Assembly: GCA_937625935.1 (NCBI GenBank)
Contig: OW569374.1
Span: forward strand, 186,001-250,000
Length of the DNA: 64,000 nucleotides
Reading direction: 5' to 3'
Source: Tetramitus jugosus
Lineage: Eukaryota > Protista > Heterolobosea
Part shown: positions 61,434-64,000 of the stretch, piece by piece
Layout of the letters: each line of letters opens with the position of its first letter
How positions within the stretch are numbered: position 1 is the first letter of the stretch
Notes under the pieces: model-generated
Told to the model about the DNA's origin: nothing
Database searches by the model: none
Seen by the model: the letters and a program-made list of their open reading frames with translations, nothing else
Position numbers and translations under genes: made by a program

Positions 61434-61967
61434 AACAATTCGATTTTACAAAAAAGAAAAAAAGTTTGGAACTTGACATGTCCTTGTGAAGTTCGTTCCC
61501 CAGTTACAGGGACGAAACTAAAAGGACAGCTCGAGCTTCCCTTACGACCGAAGAACCAATTTCTGATCAAATAACGAATTGAATCATCCATACATAACCC
61601 AGAGTACATCCTTCTTATTCTTGTTGGTGTATTACAGCTTCTACCGAAAAACCCAACAAAAAAAGCATCTTACAAAAAGAACCGACGAGATTGTTCCGCT
61701 CATCAAGTGTCCAATATTTGCTCAGGATTGACATTCGTTTGGCGACCAAATAATTTTTAAAAAAAAAGCTTTTATCCCTTGGCAACAACAAAACAACAAG
61801 CACAGCAGTAGCTAAAACACACAAACCCCTTTCATCGAATCATAACTCTTGGAAGAAGCAAAAAAAAAAGCAACTGCATCTCATCATCAACCTCAAAAAA
61901 CACCAACAACAACATCAACACCAATCGTATCATCATCCAATAATAACATTCATCATCGTTATCGAAA

Positions 61968-63056
61968 ATGTCAGGACCTCCACCTCCTCCTCCACCAGGC
62001 CCAGCCCCACCAGTCGCCAAATTCAACGCACCACCACCAACCAAGGACAGAAACAATCTGTTGACTGATATCAGAAAGGGTACTGGATTGAAAAAAGTAC
62101 CAGCGAGTGAATTGAAGAGACCAGCCGAAGTCAAGGATCAATTCAAATCATCATCATCAGGTGGTGGTGGTGGCGGTGGTGGTGTCAGTAGCGGCGGTGG
62201 TGCCAATCGATCAGGTGGCGCCCCAGCAGCATTCGTCTCCACTGGAAATCCAATGATGGATGAAATTATGAAGAAGAGAGCCAATATGGCCAATAAGAGC
62301 GCTTCATCAACTACTACCAGCACTCCTGCTCCTTCATCAGTTGCTCCACCATCACGTGGCGCTGCTCCACCTGCTGTTCAATCAAGACCAGCACCTACTC
62401 TACCATCATTCAAACCACAACAGACATCCTTTTCATCTGCTACTACTACTTCTAATACAAGTGCACCTGCACCTGTTGCTCGTACATTCCCACCCTCTGC
62501 AGCACCACCATCATCAAATGCTGCTACTGCTACTGCTGCTACATCAACACCAGTCAAGAGAGCACCACCTCCAGTGATGCCACGAAAGGAAGCACCAGCA
62601 CTGCCCAGCAGACGTGAAGTGCCACCACCTACTGCCAGTACTACTACAAGTGCACCACCTACTGCCAGAGCACCACCACCCTCTCTACCACAAAAGAGAG
62701 CACCACCTACTCCACCGAATCGTCAAGCCACATCAACACCGCCACCATCAATGCAACCAACACCACCTACCAGACAACCACCATCTGTGCCAACGAGGCA
62801 AGCAGCACCAGCCATCCCTACACGGCAACCACCTTCTGTACCATCACCTGTTGTTCAACAACCACAGCAACCACAGCAACCTGTTGTACCAATGAGAAAA
62901 CAACCACCACCCATGGCTCCACAACAACAACAAGAAGAGTCATCTAATGGTGGATCTGATGGTCGATTCCAATTCAAGACTGATCTGCCACCTCCACCAC
63001 CATTCAGAAACGTACCAAAGCAGTACAAGAGTGGTAGAACAACTGGTCTTCAATAA
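61968..63056 (+). CDS. WIP: WASP-interacting protein / verprolin
   Basis: N-terminal polyproline, WH2 (DRNNLLTDIRKGTGLKKV), second WH2-like helix, Pro-rich middle, C-terminal WASP-binding motif (RFQFKTDLPPPPPF...KQYKSG). Confidence 0.9.
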   Translation: MSGPPPPPPPGPAPPVAKFNAPPPTKDRNNLLTDIRKGTGLKKVPASELKRPAEVKDQFKSSSSGGGGGGGGVSSGGGANRSGGAPAAFVSTGNPMMDEIMKKRANMANKSASSTTTSTPAPSSVAPPSRGAAPPAVQSRPAPTLPSFKPQQTSFSSATTTSNTSAPAPVARTFPPSAAPPSSNAATATAATSTPVKRAPPPVMPRKEAPALPSRREVPPPTASTTTSAPPTARAPPPSLPQKRAPPTPPNRQATSTPPPSMQPTPPTRQPPSVPTRQAAPAIPTRQPPSVPSPVVQQPQQPQQPVVPMRKQPPPMAPQQQQEESSNGGSDGRFQFKTDLPPPPPFRNVPKQYKSGRTTGLQ

Positions 63057-63525
63057 TCTGCGAATCATCCACAGGCATATGGTGCATGCACACAAACAAA
63101 TACAAATCGATTCAACTGCTACCTCTACATACTTTTTTATACACCATCCAAATATCGACAATAAAGTCAAAACTCTCATTCTGCCATACTCTGCCAATCG
63201 GATGTGAATCACAAGCAACAATTCAACGTGTGGTCGCAATCAATACAACAACAACAATCAGATTCACAAAAAAGGACTACCGTATATGTGTTTATTCTTC
63301 TCTCTGGTGTCTCTTTGTAACGCATCATCCAGAATAGAAATCTTATGTACAACAATGTGGGATTCTATTCTTCGTGATTGGACAATGATCCAGAGGTTAC
63401 CAGGTGAACAGAGAGCTATCTCTCTCTGTCAGTCTGTCTGTCAGTCTTTCAGTCAAATACAGTACATGATGACAGACACAATATGTCATGCATGACTGAA
63501 CCAATGCATGTGTTGGCCTGATCGA

Positions 63526-64000
63526 TTAACAGAAAAAGTTCCATCGACTATTCCTGTTGACATTAGGTGGATTGATTGGGTGATCCATGGGTGTCTCATT
63601 CGGTTGATGAGAAATGTAGTTGAGAGATTCAGCAACAGCCTGAGCAATCCTTGTGAAGGCCTCGTGAACACCATGTCCCTCCTTTGCCGATGTCTCAATA
63701 AACGGAATACCCAACTCATCTGCCAACTGCTTGCCTCGTGCCGTATCCACTTGAGTCTTACTCTTGAGATCACTCTTGTTGGCCACGAGAATGAGTTGAA
63801 CATTGGGAGAGGCATGCATCTGAATCTCTTGCATCCACGTGTGAACATTGTTGAATGATTCCTCACTTGTCTTATCATACACAACCAACAGTCCATGTGC
63901 ACCTCTGTAGTAACCAGCTGTAATGGCACGGAATCTCTCTTGACCAGCAGTGTCCCACAGTTGCATCTTGGCTCTCATGTCATATTGACGGCCGTTTCTA
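63526..64000 (-). CDS. Rab GTPase (Rab1/Rab8-like), 5' end outside window
   Basis: QLWDTAGQERFRAITAGYYRGAHG, NKSD, ETSAK. The frame stays open to the window edge and G1/G2 are not in the window. Confidence 0.92.
   Translation of the reverse strand, partial: RNGRQYDMRAKMQLWDTAGQERFRAITAGYYRGAHGLLVVYDKTSEESFNNVHTWMQEIQMHASPNVQLILVANKSDLKSKTQVDTARGKQLADELGIPFIETSAKEGHGVHEAFTRIAQAVAESLNYISHQPNETPMDHPINPPNVNRNSRWNFFC

Noticed and set aside
61483-61520. GGACGAAAC resembling a hammerhead ribozyme stem II/core
   Set aside because: The required CTGANGA core is absent immediately 5' of the stem.
1-64000. Prokaryotic or viral interpretation (operons, CRISPR, prophage, giant-virus insertion), transposons, tRNA/rRNA, non-standard genetic code
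   Set aside because: Spliceosomal introns and core eukaryotic genes occur throughout. The B-family polymerase is clearly Pol alpha. No repeat-spacer array, transposase/RT, terminal repeats or cloverleaf was seen. TAA, TAG and TGA all terminate conserved proteins at expected positions.

Overview
Gene-dense, AT-rich eukaryotic nuclear DNA using the standard genetic code. It holds about 32 protein-coding genes on both strands, sparse GT-AG introns (mostly 60-200 bp, one of 544 bp), very short intergenic spacers and many CAA/AAC/CAT-type trinucleotide runs. The style and gene content (WIP/verprolin, myosin-light-chain-like protein, F-box/LRR genes, bacterial-like enzymes) suggest a free-living amoeboid protist, possibly heterolobosean (inference). 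Recognisable genes: NUDT12, ARP8, PPT1, NF-YA, TDP2-like, TetA-like MFS, DUF1338/HglS, DOPA 4,5-dioxygenase, cupin, SMC1, RNF212/Zip3, STK11IP-like, ELO elongase, FtsX-like permease, TRMT61, EF-hand NDH-2, POLA1, erythromycin-esterase family, RluC-like, WIP and a partial Rab. No tRNA, rRNA, CRISPR array or mobile element was recognised. Best leads: (1) a candidate ICE1 (Little Elongation Complex scaffold) homologue outside animals; (2) a tightly packed RNF212 / SIM-F-box / SMC1 trio; (3) a block of bacterial-like non-heme-iron enzymes plus an efflux pump; (4) Pol alpha lacking its second C-terminal Cys4 module; (5) E2F-type sites upstream of S-phase genes; (6) a structured hairpin in an unusually long intron. 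All family calls come from motif recognition from memory, not from database searches.
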